Assembly: GCA_044359815.1 (NCBI GenBank) | Contig: JBIKLL010000016.1 | Coordinates: 1 to 47,664, forward strand | Direction of reading: 5' to 3' | DNA from: Pseudobdellovibrionaceae bacterium | GTDB taxonomy: Bacteria; Bdellovibrionota; Bdellovibrionia; Bdellovibrionales; Bdellovibrionaceae | Length of the DNA stretch: 47,664 nt | Part shown: positions 19,901 to 28,729 of the stretch, in pieces | How positions within the stretch are numbered: position 1 is the stretch's first letter | Layout: every line of letters begins with the position of its first letter | Translations under genes and position numbers: made by a program | The notes under the pieces: generated by a model | Database searches by the model: none | What the model was told of the DNA's origin: nothing | What the model saw: the letters and a program-made list of their open reading frames with translations, nothing else

Positions 19901-20260
19901 GCTTTAGCAGAGGTACAAAAAGCACTTGAAAAGGGTTTATTGATTTGCGAAGGCTTCAAAAGGGGCTCGCGAAAATTCAATGAGACCTTCCATTTTATAA
20001 ATCAAACGGTATCAACGTCAGATGGCATTTTGGACAGCGGACAGGTGCGACCTTTTGTTGAATTACTGCGAAGCGATTTGGAGTTTGAGAAATTCACAAA
20101 ATTTCTGCAGTTTGATCTGACCAGACCTGATTCCAGTGGCCCCGATGGACAGCTTCTAAATGATCTGGCTCATATACAGGAATACGTATTTGGAAAAAGC
20201 CAAGAAGTCTTTCCTTTGTCCAGTGGCGATATCCCTGGCGTGATCATCCAAAGCCAATAA
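16976..20260 (+). CDS. Large (1094 aa) beta-rich lipoprotein of unknown function
   Basis: RBS ggag, ATG at 16976, lipobox LTAC; two internal repeats ending NPW. Confidence 0.8.
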   Translation: MSVFNPRILIRFLLLTQAAALTACSLDGTQESPAERAANSGYFFVDSSSVNENMAYLTDGIRTAADLDYRACIKRSDTKTLIEEGQKFEIEPLYDSTLAKKSVISNKDGCFAWSNKISFNPNVKGQYVEARFKITGLGNYPGVKEISFAVNPWDQKYYSVVSDAFDPNSMVTFAEAVATLNGTKTSGPDAKAIGSDKAFIVINDLRLNTVSLAAGNPAKLSLNLRTDLQARFTNKAGHPRFEAIPFGSLKVEMGIISSMPINGKEERRMLSPMTEAKLLFSNGYFNPSGVLEFKKIPQLGQFYLALRISPVDPKSPLAVYEGVFLWGNYLSVQPSSFSRAIIATTFETPDFSLNNFLAEAKPTDAGDSVFLDSTYFIPKTNGVWVTQKEFPSDSIFNQRRRLIFTINIYSAIDNQPVRSQNFEVTKLNGEKVTLKSNEAGALNFYEDLEYNWLGQECSYTKPITVRALQADFQKVIPIEYNPWNQQAGAVLDVSGLDKPSLEKDCLQERSTIVPMMSGFVKQNLFADVDAHLNLKLTKRFNINVWANVNRPTKSSLFNKQQAYIPPGYYILKYAYYDPLVTPEKVLFATKGLVKADAYGAFMANIDVSTMDPIFQFYNLNLAIEVIPANQIKAAQLCGQVKGCLDRIDKQDFIKLSELGLQSEEALLDPSMHIENKTYYSPFMLSDRMPSISFKAETAQKNLFEKLYGYYQADLKLHTEKLSKINPKAAFVAKQKSVFVDLANSKSANGFIENFNKGSFGPWPSSRIAITKEELQKAVANSTINKYLEPWICAYWINGILKNQPAITNNPAKLRMAKQLCETQVQSSAVTRSLGYKYELSNLFEVHYVYFVENPQNTERTRFVNASRQYNFHKSSSFSRDRSYSEGYSLGIELEPVLAYGLSFGKLAFGGQGAYSWNWTTGEGRHETFAADISGTIDKLVMPIQVSKYEKCALIRPNSAAAKSGSYFMQLLNHKPALAEVQKALEKGLLICEGFKRGSRKFNETFHFINQTVSTSDGILDSGQVRPFVELLRSDLEFEKFTKFLQFDLTRPDSSGPDGQLLNDLAHIQEYVFGKSQEVFPLSSGDIPGVIIQSQ

Positions 20261-20303
20261 AAAACTTGCCCACAGGATTTAAATTCAGCAAACTGTGGGC
20301 GCT

Positions 20304-21632
20304 ATGAACATCAAAACATTTCCGCCTCAATCAAAGACCTACAGTGCCATACGTAGTTTTAAAAATCAGTTCCCCTTTAAAAAAGGGGATTATTTAATTT
20401 TGTTCGGTGAAGTTTTTAACCGAGGCTACGCCAACGGCCTGATCGAAGAAGCTACCAAACATCAGATGCAGATTATTTATTCGACCGTAGGACGGCGGGA
20501 AAAGGATTTAAGCCTAAGAGCCTTAAATACCGAGGAACTGAGCGCTGCCAAAGGTCCATTGATAAACATCCCCCTTGAAGCAGGTTTCGATATGGAGGGA
20601 TCGCCTTCGCCAACGGAACAAATGAAAGACATTAAATTATCTGAATGGCCGAATGCAAAAATTGATTTTGCAAGCGTGCAAGAATCCATTTTGCTGGGAC
20701 GAAAAAGATTTTTATCCAATGTCAGAAAATACATTGCTGAATTGGAGCCATTAATTAAACCAGGCCACAATGTTTATTTTGCTCACCTGATGGCCGGCGG
20801 AGTCCCCAGGGCAAAAATCATTATGCCCTTAATGAATCGAACCTTTAAAGGAATTGGAGACCGCTTTTTAGAAAGCGAAGTTTTTTGGCAATCTGATTTA
20901 GGCAAGCTTTGCCAACTGAGTTTTGATGAAGTCACGGCTGAAACTTTTAAAGTTCTGATTGATGAGACTACAAGTATCCGAGACCGAGTCACCAAACAGG
21001 GAAACCGCGTTTGCTACAGTGGTTTTGGTTACCACGGAACTGAAATTTTTGGTTTGGACCCCCAAGGGGTGGCGGGATACAGGTGGCAAACCTATTCGCC
21101 CTATTTACAGGGTTGGGCAAAAAAACGATTAGAAGATTATTCTGTAGAATATTCGAAAAAAGGCATCCATTGCTGTGTTTACAATTGTCCCGAAATACTG
21201 ACAAACAGCAGTGCGATTTTTCAGGGTGTGGAAGTTTGCTTGTATCCATTTTTATTTGCAATAAAAGCTGAAAACCCTGAAGACCAAAATGTACAAAAAA
21301 ATGTAAAAGCAATTATGGCTTTGCTGAAACCTGAAGCCACTGAAAGCGAAATTTTAAAACTGTGCACGGATTATCTGTACGATTCCAACGTCAAAAAACA
21401 ATGTCGGTTTGAGGACTGGCCCACTCACAACACCAAAGAGCAATTGCAGATCATGTTACAGACTTCTGAAAAACTGCACGAGCTGCATGTGGATCCTAAA
21501 AATTCCATCACAGCACCCTTGAGCGAATTAATTTTAAAAGGCTGTGGCAAGGTTATGCTGGAAGACGTGTTTGACAGTGCTGAACCGGTCAGGTGGATTA
21601 ATCACGACGTACTGGCTAAAATACGTCATTAA
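20304..21632 (+). CDS. Enoyl-ACP reductase, FabMG-like family
   Basis: LFGEVFNRGYANGL, TVGRR, AGFD, HLMAGGVPRAK, GYHGT, WQTYSPY and NCPEILTNSS resemble FabMG (recalled, not searched). Confidence 0.75.
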   Translation: MNIKTFPPQSKTYSAIRSFKNQFPFKKGDYLILFGEVFNRGYANGLIEEATKHQMQIIYSTVGRREKDLSLRALNTEELSAAKGPLINIPLEAGFDMEGSPSPTEQMKDIKLSEWPNAKIDFASVQESILLGRKRFLSNVRKYIAELEPLIKPGHNVYFAHLMAGGVPRAKIIMPLMNRTFKGIGDRFLESEVFWQSDLGKLCQLSFDEVTAETFKVLIDETTSIRDRVTKQGNRVCYSGFGYHGTEIFGLDPQGVAGYRWQTYSPYLQGWAKKRLEDYSVEYSKKGIHCCVYNCPEILTNSSAIFQGVEVCLYPFLFAIKAENPEDQNVQKNVKAIMALLKPEATESEILKLCTDYLYDSNVKKQCRFEDWPTHNTKEQLQIMLQTSEKLHELHVDPKNSITAPLSELILKGCGKVMLEDVFDSAEPVRWINHDVLAKIRH

Positions 21633-22443
21633 GACTGGGCCAGAGCTTTCTGGATTTTACCTTAATACTTTTGAAATGAGCTAACCACTGAGTGGTGTCT
21701 TTGTTTTTATATTTTTGCACAAGCTTTGCCGTAAACAATAGGGCCCCTATGTTTTTAATTTCTTCGTTTTTTGGAGCTTGAACGGCTGTCATCATCTCGG
21801 GACCGAAAAATGTTCTGGGATACAATCTTTCCTTTTCAACCAAATCTCCAACAATCACAACATCTGCGATCTTGGTCATAATCGTTTTTGAAAGGGGTAA
21901 GACCTGTGAATCACTGCCTGCAACTCCGGTTCTGGCTATCACTAAACTGCCACTGTCCAAAAGCTCTTGAATTTTTGATTCCAAGCCCGCTGTGGACTTA
22001 TTGGATGCCTGATTCCACCCCAAATAAACCACTGCATAGCCCTTAGACGCAATGAGGGCGGCCTCTAGATTTTTGGGATTAAAATCACCCGATTCATTGT
22101 AAGGGGTAAAATTTTGATAGCCACATTTGGAACACCCCTCAAACTGACGTTTCCAGATAGGTTCAAATTTTGATTCAAAATCAGCTTTGGAAACTGCTTC
22201 GATAATAGCAACCTTAGTTTGCTGACTGGGTGACTGAGTTTTTGTTGGCGTACTGGACATTGTCGTTGAAGTGATGACGCTTGCTGCCGGCAACGTTTTA
22301 TCAGATTCAACAGGAGCCTTGGCATTTGCCGATTCGTCAGATTTAACAGTGACGTTAGCATTTACCGATTCATCAGCAGCAAAAATTTGCGTTGTGAACA
22401 AACTCAGTCCACATGAAAGCATCAAAAATAAAATTGTCTTCAT
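21616..22443 (-). CDS. Secreted protein, possibly a catalytically dead subtilase (S8)-like fold
   Basis: Signal peptide, Ser/Thr linker, then KVAIIE, VYLGW, GSLVIARTG, VVIVG and FFGP...AP in subtilase order. Confidence 0.6.
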   Translation of the reverse strand: MKTILFLMLSCGLSLFTTQIFAADESVNANVTVKSDESANAKAPVESDKTLPAASVITSTTMSSTPTKTQSPSQQTKVAIIEAVSKADFESKFEPIWKRQFEGCSKCGYQNFTPYNESGDFNPKNLEAALIASKGYAVVYLGWNQASNKSTAGLESKIQELLDSGSLVIARTGVAGSDSQVLPLSKTIMTKIADVVIVGDLVEKERLYPRTFFGPEMMTAVQAPKNEEIKNIGALLFTAKLVQKYKNKDTTQWLAHFKSIKVKSRKLWPSLNDVF

Positions 22444-22491
22444 TTCATCATTCCTTAGGTTTATCCTAAATTTGAAAAGAAGAGTGGCAAA

Positions 22492-23598
22492 ATGTCAAAG
22501 ACCGACTGGACAAAATCGCAGTTATTTTTTAGTGGAGATCATTTTTTTGATGAACTGATTCAAAAAATTGACTCTGCTAAAAAACGCATTTGGATTGAAG
22601 TCTATATTTTTGAGAATGATCAGTTGGGTCAGAAATTGATTACGCATTTAGCACTTGCCTATGAAAGAGGCGTTGACGTCAGAGTGCTAGTGGACGGCAT
22701 AGGAAGCTATTATTCATCGCCTGCTCTGTTAAAAGCATTTTCTGAAATTGGCATTCCTTTTAAAATTTTTCACCCTGTATTGTTTTATAATTTGTTTCGC
22801 TGGGGAAAGCTGCAAAAATTAAATAAGCGCACGCACAGAAAAATTTTTGTAACAGACGACGAAGTCTTTATTGGGAGTTTTAATATTACAAGGGTTCATT
22901 GCCAATCCCTGGTCGGAAAAAAGGCTTGGCGAGACAGTGGGGTTTTGGTCAGCGGAATCGCGCTGCCTGAAATCCTTCAATCAATGGATGTTGTCTGGAG
23001 TTCAGCTAAAGGATTTTTTTTGAATCGCATGAAAATCAAAAAAGCCAAAAGATCCGGACACCATCTGGTTCGAATGAATATGAATTTTCGTGAAAGATTC
23101 AGGATGTCTCGAGAGCTAAAACAAAAAATCAGATCAGCTCAGCATCAAGTGTTTTTGACAAATGCGTATTTTTTACCCCGCAGAAGTTTACTGAGAGCAA
23201 TCATTCACGCTGCAAAAAAAGGGGTTCAAGTGGGCCTTTGCTTGCCCAGAAAAACAGATGTTAAAATTCTGCAAATGGCTTCAAGGGGATTGTTTCGTGA
23301 ATTGATGAAATCCGGTGTCAGAATTTATGAATACTTGCCAGCCATTCTGCATGCTAAGACCATTATTGTTGATAACTGGGCAGCTGTGGGGTCCCATAAT
23401 TGGAACCATCGAAGCTTAAATCATGACCTAGAAATTGAAATAGTATTAAAATCTGAACAGCGGATTCTGGATCTGCAGAAACAATGGAAAGCAGATATTG
23501 AAAACTCCGAGGAAATCACTGTCGAACTGCTAAACACTGTAACTTTTTTTGAGAAAATTTTGGGCAAAATAATATTTTGGTTTAGATACTGGCTATAA
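22492..23598 (+). CDS. clsB: Cardiolipin synthase B-like phospholipase D
   Basis: Two HKD motifs (HRKIFVTD, HAKTIIVD), WRD, no N-terminal TM; adjacent to a YbhP-like gene. Confidence 0.82.
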   Translation: MSKTDWTKSQLFFSGDHFFDELIQKIDSAKKRIWIEVYIFENDQLGQKLITHLALAYERGVDVRVLVDGIGSYYSSPALLKAFSEIGIPFKIFHPVLFYNLFRWGKLQKLNKRTHRKIFVTDDEVFIGSFNITRVHCQSLVGKKAWRDSGVLVSGIALPEILQSMDVVWSSAKGFFLNRMKIKKAKRSGHHLVRMNMNFRERFRMSRELKQKIRSAQHQVFLTNAYFLPRRSLLRAIIHAAKKGVQVGLCLPRKTDVKILQMASRGLFRELMKSGVRIYEYLPAILHAKTIIVDNWAAVGSHNWNHRSLNHDLEIEIVLKSEQRILDLQKQWKADIENSEEITVELLNTVTFFEKILGKIIFWFRYWL

Positions 23599-23617
23599 CA
23601 AGGACACGAGTGGCTAA

Positions 23618-24364
23618 ATGAAATTCAGATTGCTGACTTTTAATATCCATAAAGGATTTAATTTTCTGGGAACAAAATTTGTTCTGCATGAGCTTAAGGC
23701 TGGTTTGAAAGAACTCAATGCTGATTTTTTGCTTTTGCAAGAGGTTGTCGGCGAAAATCATAATCATAAAAAAAAGATCAAGGATTGGCCCAGTCAGCAT
23801 CAGATGGAGTTTTTAGCAGACACTGTCTGGAAACATTATTCCTACGGAAAAAATGCCGTGTTCCCAAACCGGCATCACGGAAATGCAACTTTAAGTAAAT
23901 TTCCTATTGTTAAGGTTCATAATCTGAATATATCTACGAACAAATTTGAACAAAGGGGCTTGCTGCATTGCCAAGTCGACATCATCCCATTGGGCAAAAA
24001 AATGCATTTGTTTAATACTCATCTGAATTTACTCAGCGGCAGCAGAAAAATTCAAATTCAAAAAATAACACATTATATCGAAAAACAACTTAAGCCCGAC
24101 GACTTCGCGATTTTTGCAGGAGATTTTAACGACTGGCCCGAACAACTGAGTCACGATCTGTCGCAAAAAAATTTGAGTTTTCAAGAAGGGCATTTTGCAG
24201 TTCACAAAAAGCACGCTAAAACTTTCCCGAATTTTCTGCCTCTACTGTGCCTAGATAGGATTTACCTCAGAAATGTCAAATTGATCCAAGTTCGGGTGCT
24301 AAAAGATCGACATTTTTCGGGACTTTCGGATCATTTGCCAATCTTAATTGAGTTCTCGCTTTAG
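23618..24364 (+). CDS. EEP family phosphodiesterase (YbhP-like)
   Basis: TFNIHKG, LQEV, HHGNA, THL, GDFND, LDRIY and SDHLP motifs. Confidence 0.88.
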   Translation: MKFRLLTFNIHKGFNFLGTKFVLHELKAGLKELNADFLLLQEVVGENHNHKKKIKDWPSQHQMEFLADTVWKHYSYGKNAVFPNRHHGNATLSKFPIVKVHNLNISTNKFEQRGLLHCQVDIIPLGKKMHLFNTHLNLLSGSRKIQIQKITHYIEKQLKPDDFAIFAGDFNDWPEQLSHDLSQKNLSFQEGHFAVHKKHAKTFPNFLPLLCLDRIYLRNVKLIQVRVLKDRHFSGLSDHLPILIEFSL

Positions 24365-24377
24365 TAGCCCCAGCTGA

Positions 24378-24404
24378 TAAAGAAAACAGGGTGTTTGCCG
24401 ATAA
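24378..24404 (+). promoter_or_regulatory. Sigma-28 (FliA) promoter
   Basis: Exact consensus TAAA-N15-GCCGATAA, 54 nt upstream of ATG 24459. Confidence 0.75.
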
Positions 24405-24458
24405 GAATCCAGTGGGACTTTAGTCCAGAGCTTTATCTAACCAAGGACCTGATCGGCC

Positions 24459-24923
24459 ATGTCTACATTAGCAAGATTTAAAAAAAACGGAGGGTTTTTC
24501 CAACTTTTGACATTGATCGAAAGTTGCGGACCCGACAAGCAAAGATCCCTCTTGCACCTTGTGGCCCTAGAAGACCCAGGTTGGGCCCTATTGGTCAAAC
24601 AAAAGGTCCTACGCTTTGAGAAGATCATGTCTTGGCCATCTGAATCGCTATCGCTGATCACTCCTCATATTCCAGACCCCCTCGCGGCCACACTGCTGCA
24701 TTGCCTGACTCCCGCATTGCAAGAAAAGTGGCTAGGCTCCTTTGGCAATATTCGCAGCAAGCAAATCAAATATTTATCTGAAAACCTGAGTGTGACTTCC
24801 AATGAAAAAACCTCAGCAACGATCAGACTGATTCAAACCATTCGAGAGCTGGATGCCTCTGGCACTGTAAAAATGAGCGAACTGGATCCCAGTCTTAGTA
24901 TCCCGAATAAATTAGTCGCTTAA
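24459..24923 (+). CDS. Stand-alone FliG C-terminal-domain-like protein
   Basis: EDP.W..LVKQKVLRFEKI and IRELDASG resemble FliG C-terminal helices; preceded by a sigma-28 promoter. Confidence 0.65.
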   Translation: MSTLARFKKNGGFFQLLTLIESCGPDKQRSLLHLVALEDPGWALLVKQKVLRFEKIMSWPSESLSLITPHIPDPLAATLLHCLTPALQEKWLGSFGNIRSKQIKYLSENLSVTSNEKTSATIRLIQTIRELDASGTVKMSELDPSLSIPNKLVA

Positions 24924-25059
24924 GATTTTTATACACCAGTAAACATTTTCCAGTTTATGAGTTTTCACTTTTGGCCAAATGTGTTTTTGCTCTGAGCATT
25001 GAAAAATTGCCGCCTTTATTTTGTTGCACCATTTTGAATCATCCTTAAAACTTAAAGAG

Positions 25060-26739
25060 ATGGTTTTTTTAGAACTGATATTTGCTATTTTCTTAACTGG
25101 CTCGGCTTACGGGGCTGAGCTTATTTTCCCGCCTGAAAGAAACAACTTAAAACCTCTGCCAATCAGGTTTGAATACAGCCTTGTCAGTAAAGACCAAATC
25201 AAAGTCGGAAACACTTTGATTGATGCCCGTCAAATTGAATTGCAGTTTCAACCCATCAATTCGGACTTCACTCAATATAAAATTGTCCTTAGGTGGCCAT
25301 CTGATTTTCTGAAAAAAGGCGAACTGGTAATCAAAGACCCTGCCGGCAAATCTGTGTGGTCTGTCAAACCAAATGCATCAAATATTAAGTTTGAAAAATC
25401 AAAAATTGGAAAACAGGCGTTTTTTGAAACTGACAAAAACACTCAAGCCCTAATTGATGAACTGAAGAAAATCCCCTTTTTCAAATTTTGTGTCTTCAAA
25501 GAAGAACCTCAAGCCAGGGTCTATTTGTGTTCAAAAGATATGTTTGTAAAACCCAGGTCTCAGCCTATTGTGATTGAACCCAGAGACTCATTTAGGAAAG
25601 AAAGCTTTGTGGAAATCAATGGCGAACCTGTTGATCAGCAAGGAGTGATTGTTCTGAATGACAAAAAAGATTTTGTCTCGATGAGGTCACTGATGCTGTC
25701 AGGGGCAACACTTGAAATTGAAACTAAATTGCAAGCCATAGAGTTTTTGGACGTTTCATTGGACCCAAAGAGCGAGTCCCTATTTGTTACAGCAATCGGC
25801 CATAAGCCCATTGAATCAACCCAAGTCGAAACATTGGGAAGCAACAAATGGAAAGCAAAAATGGATGCCGAACGACCTTTTTTATTTGTTCTTGGTCAGG
25901 GCGATATACCACTTAGACAAGAGTTCTTGGTACAAGGACCCATTAAGAATACCGAACTTAAAATCGATATGAATGTCGACCAAAATCATTCTGTATTCAA
26001 GGATTCGGCAACAGTGGAACTGACCAGCAATCAACCAGTAACTATTGAGTCGGTTGATAAAACCAGCGTGGTAGAAAAAATCTCGGATACAAAGTTTGTC
26101 TGGAAAATCAGTTCGCTAGAAAAAGGTAAAATCAACCGCAAATGGTTAAAAGTAATCAGTGGCAGCGACAGTTTTTTAGGTAAGTTTGATTTAAATTATG
26201 AGGACTCAAAGTCTTTTCTGGTCAGGTTGTACGCGCCATTGTGGTATCAGGTGGATTTAGAAACCATAATTAATGAAACCCTGCAGGGGTACTTTAGCTT
26301 TGAACGAAACATGCAAAAGGCTACTGATGAATCCAATGTTTCCGCAATGAGCTTGGGTTTTGTAAACAGAGGCATTGGGCATTTTAAACGCGAAGGCGGT
26401 CCTTTAATCGGGCTGGAGCTTTCAAAAATAGACCTTGAAAGCGAAAGCACCGTGGGAATTGGAATTGTGCTAGGAGCAGATAGGGACCTGTCGCCTGATA
26501 ATGCCAAGGAAAAACTTTTACTGATGGGAAAATTAAATTATTATTTGAATGACCTATCAGGAACACTCAAGTCCAAGTCAACCTACAGAGCTGAAGTTGG
26601 ATTTAGAAAGTTTTTACCCAGCAAGGGCTATTTTGAATTCGGAGTTCGAGCACATAGCTTTGTATTTGAGAGTAAGGATTTTGCTGAATATAAAAATGCA
26701 AAGGCTTCTGTATTTGTGGGCTTTGGGACTCTCTTTTAA
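25060..26739 (+). CDS. Exported protein with beta-sandwich domains and C-terminal beta-barrel (paralog of 42641-44710)
   Basis: Signal peptide; FKFC...LCS Cys pair; ends FVGFGTLF. Confidence 0.72.
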   Translation: MVFLELIFAIFLTGSAYGAELIFPPERNNLKPLPIRFEYSLVSKDQIKVGNTLIDARQIELQFQPINSDFTQYKIVLRWPSDFLKKGELVIKDPAGKSVWSVKPNASNIKFEKSKIGKQAFFETDKNTQALIDELKKIPFFKFCVFKEEPQARVYLCSKDMFVKPRSQPIVIEPRDSFRKESFVEINGEPVDQQGVIVLNDKKDFVSMRSLMLSGATLEIETKLQAIEFLDVSLDPKSESLFVTAIGHKPIESTQVETLGSNKWKAKMDAERPFLFVLGQGDIPLRQEFLVQGPIKNTELKIDMNVDQNHSVFKDSATVELTSNQPVTIESVDKTSVVEKISDTKFVWKISSLEKGKINRKWLKVISGSDSFLGKFDLNYEDSKSFLVRLYAPLWYQVDLETIINETLQGYFSFERNMQKATDESNVSAMSLGFVNRGIGHFKREGGPLIGLELSKIDLESESTVGIGIVLGADRDLSPDNAKEKLLLMGKLNYYLNDLSGTLKSKSTYRAEVGFRKFLPSKGYFEFGVRAHSFVFESKDFAEYKNAKASVFVGFGTLF

Positions 26740-26776
26740 CTGGCTCAAACAGGCTTAGGCCGACCAACCATGATAA

Positions 26777-28726
26777 TTATTTTTTCTTGAAAAAATTAGA
26801 TACCAGATCCTTTAAATCAGCTGACAGAACGTCATTCTTTTTTTGATTTTTGCTCTCTAGATTTTGCAATACATTGAGTTCCCGTCTGGCAACAATCAGA
26901 TCTCCATCAAGGTGTACGGCTTTTTCGAAGCTCTTTTTTGCGAAACCCAGGTCCCCTTTGATTTTGTAGTAGACACCCATAACAAAACTGTAAATAGCTT
27001 CCAGCTTTTCCTCTGGAGGAACTTGCATCATATCGACTTCGACTTCTTTCAACACATTGGCTTTCTGTGGTCCAGAGCCCTTGGCGGCCAGCCTGGCCCA
27101 GCTTACATAGATTCTACCCTTACTAAGACTGCTGTCCATCTCGAGACATTTTTCCAATATTCTTAGGGCTTCTGTGTACTGACCTTTTTGCAATTTGTTT
27201 TTTGCATCTTCATACATAGAACTGGCTTTTAATTTTTGTTCGACATCATTTCTGGCCAAATCTTCTTTGAGCTGATCTTTGTTGCTACCCAACTCAAAAG
27301 CAAAGGCCTCATTGGCAAGAGTTGTGATTTGTTCGTGCAAAGAAACGGACTCTACGCCCGTCTGAGGAGTCGGACCCAGTAATTGAAAAAACTCATTGCG
27401 AACTTCCTCGGTATTTCGATTCAGACTGCCGACCATTTTCACAATGACATCAAAGATCTCAAACTTATTTTTGTCATAAAACTGATCCATAATATGCTTC
27501 AGCCGCAGATAACTGCCATGTTCGTTTTGCATAGCTGATTCTTCAAATGTGATAAAGCCTTTTGTAATTAACAGATGAATGGCCTTAAACAAAGCTGCTT
27601 GCGGATACTCGGTTGCATCCACAATTTGACTGACGGGTCGCTGACTCAAAATATGGTCTAAGACTCCTGGGAAATTACTGATCAATGGTTTTTTTAAAAT
27701 TGGATTATTCAGCTCAAAAGAGCTGGATTTTTTAATCACAAAATGGCTCCATTGAATGTACAAAGATTTTAGCCAATCCACTGATATTTTTGAAGCCACC
27801 CAGTCGTGTAAAAATCCACCCAAATCTTCTATATCAATATGAGGATCACTGACTGCGATATCAGATGCTACAAAGTTAACTTTGAATTTCTCATCTCGGA
27901 TAGTTCTGGAAAGCCTGATGTTCATCTGATTTTCCATGGCTATCAAAAACCCATGAGGGCTTAAAAAATTCAGGGAAATCAGTTTTTCACCCAGTCTTTT
28001 GGGGTTGGTCGAATTCAGAGCCGTGTTTAAATCATCAGGTAAAACAAATCCACCTTCCAATAGTAATTTTCCTAAGAATGTACCCTCATCCACCACATCG
28101 ACGGCAACGATGTTGCCTTCTGCAAAAGTAACACCCGATACATCAGAATCCATACTGACTATATTTAAATGCCCTGTTGATCGGGTCTCTGCCAACAGAC
28201 TGTACAGATAAGGTAAATCATAACCATGCAGTTCATCCAAAGCCTCGATGGCCTTGCGCTTTTCGCGCAACGAAACTGGATTTTTTCCAAACAGCATGTA
28301 CAAATTTTTTCTGGGGGAAACTTCTTCTAAATAAACTTTTTCAGGAGCTTTTGTTTTTTTAATTTTGATGTAGCCAAGAGCCTCTGGCATCGAGAATGGT
28401 TTTTTTAAAAAACCTAAGCTCTGGGTTTGTCTGACTGAATCTTTAACAAAATGCTGATCAGTAAATAATCCGCTCATCAATACGATGTCCAATCTTGATG
28501 CTGGATGATTTTTTCTGATGTCTTTTGCGACATCAATCCCATTTTCGCTGGGAAGTAAGCAATCAATAAAGACTGTTTGCACATCATTGATATTCAATAA
28601 CTTTTTCAACTCGTCAGAACGAGAAACCGCCACAGCATCGCTACCTGCTTTCTGAAAAGCTTGAACCATGGCTTGTGCTAATGTTAAATCGTCTTCAAGG
28701 ACGATGACTTTGCCTTTATTCTGCAA
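26777..28726 (-). CDS. Response regulator: REC + DUF4388-like + TPR
   Basis: LEDD, FIDCLLP, MSG and KKPF receiver motifs; STGHL and LGKLL..G/LGEKL motifs; C-terminal TPRs; TTG start with GGAGG RBS. Confidence 0.82.
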   Translation of the reverse strand: MQNKGKVIVLEDDLTLAQAMVQAFQKAGSDAVAVSRSDELKKLLNINDVQTVFIDCLLPSENGIDVAKDIRKNHPASRLDIVLMSGLFTDQHFVKDSVRQTQSLGFLKKPFSMPEALGYIKIKKTKAPEKVYLEEVSPRKNLYMLFGKNPVSLREKRKAIEALDELHGYDLPYLYSLLAETRSTGHLNIVSMDSDVSGVTFAEGNIVAVDVVDEGTFLGKLLLEGGFVLPDDLNTALNSTNPKRLGEKLISLNFLSPHGFLIAMENQMNIRLSRTIRDEKFKVNFVASDIAVSDPHIDIEDLGGFLHDWVASKISVDWLKSLYIQWSHFVIKKSSSFELNNPILKKPLISNFPGVLDHILSQRPVSQIVDATEYPQAALFKAIHLLITKGFITFEESAMQNEHGSYLRLKHIMDQFYDKNKFEIFDVIVKMVGSLNRNTEEVRNEFFQLLGPTPQTGVESVSLHEQITTLANEAFAFELGSNKDQLKEDLARNDVEQKLKASSMYEDAKNKLQKGQYTEALRILEKCLEMDSSLSKGRIYVSWARLAAKGSGPQKANVLKEVEVDMMQVPPEEKLEAIYSFVMGVYYKIKGDLGFAKKSFEKAVHLDGDLIVARRELNVLQNLESKNQKKNDVLSADLKDLVSNFFKKK

Positions 28727-28729
28727 AAC

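Noticed and set aside
22315..22378. 36-nt-period duplication (DESVNA/DESANA) in the secreted protein linker
   Set aside because: A two-copy local duplication in a low-complexity linker with no sign of wider significance.
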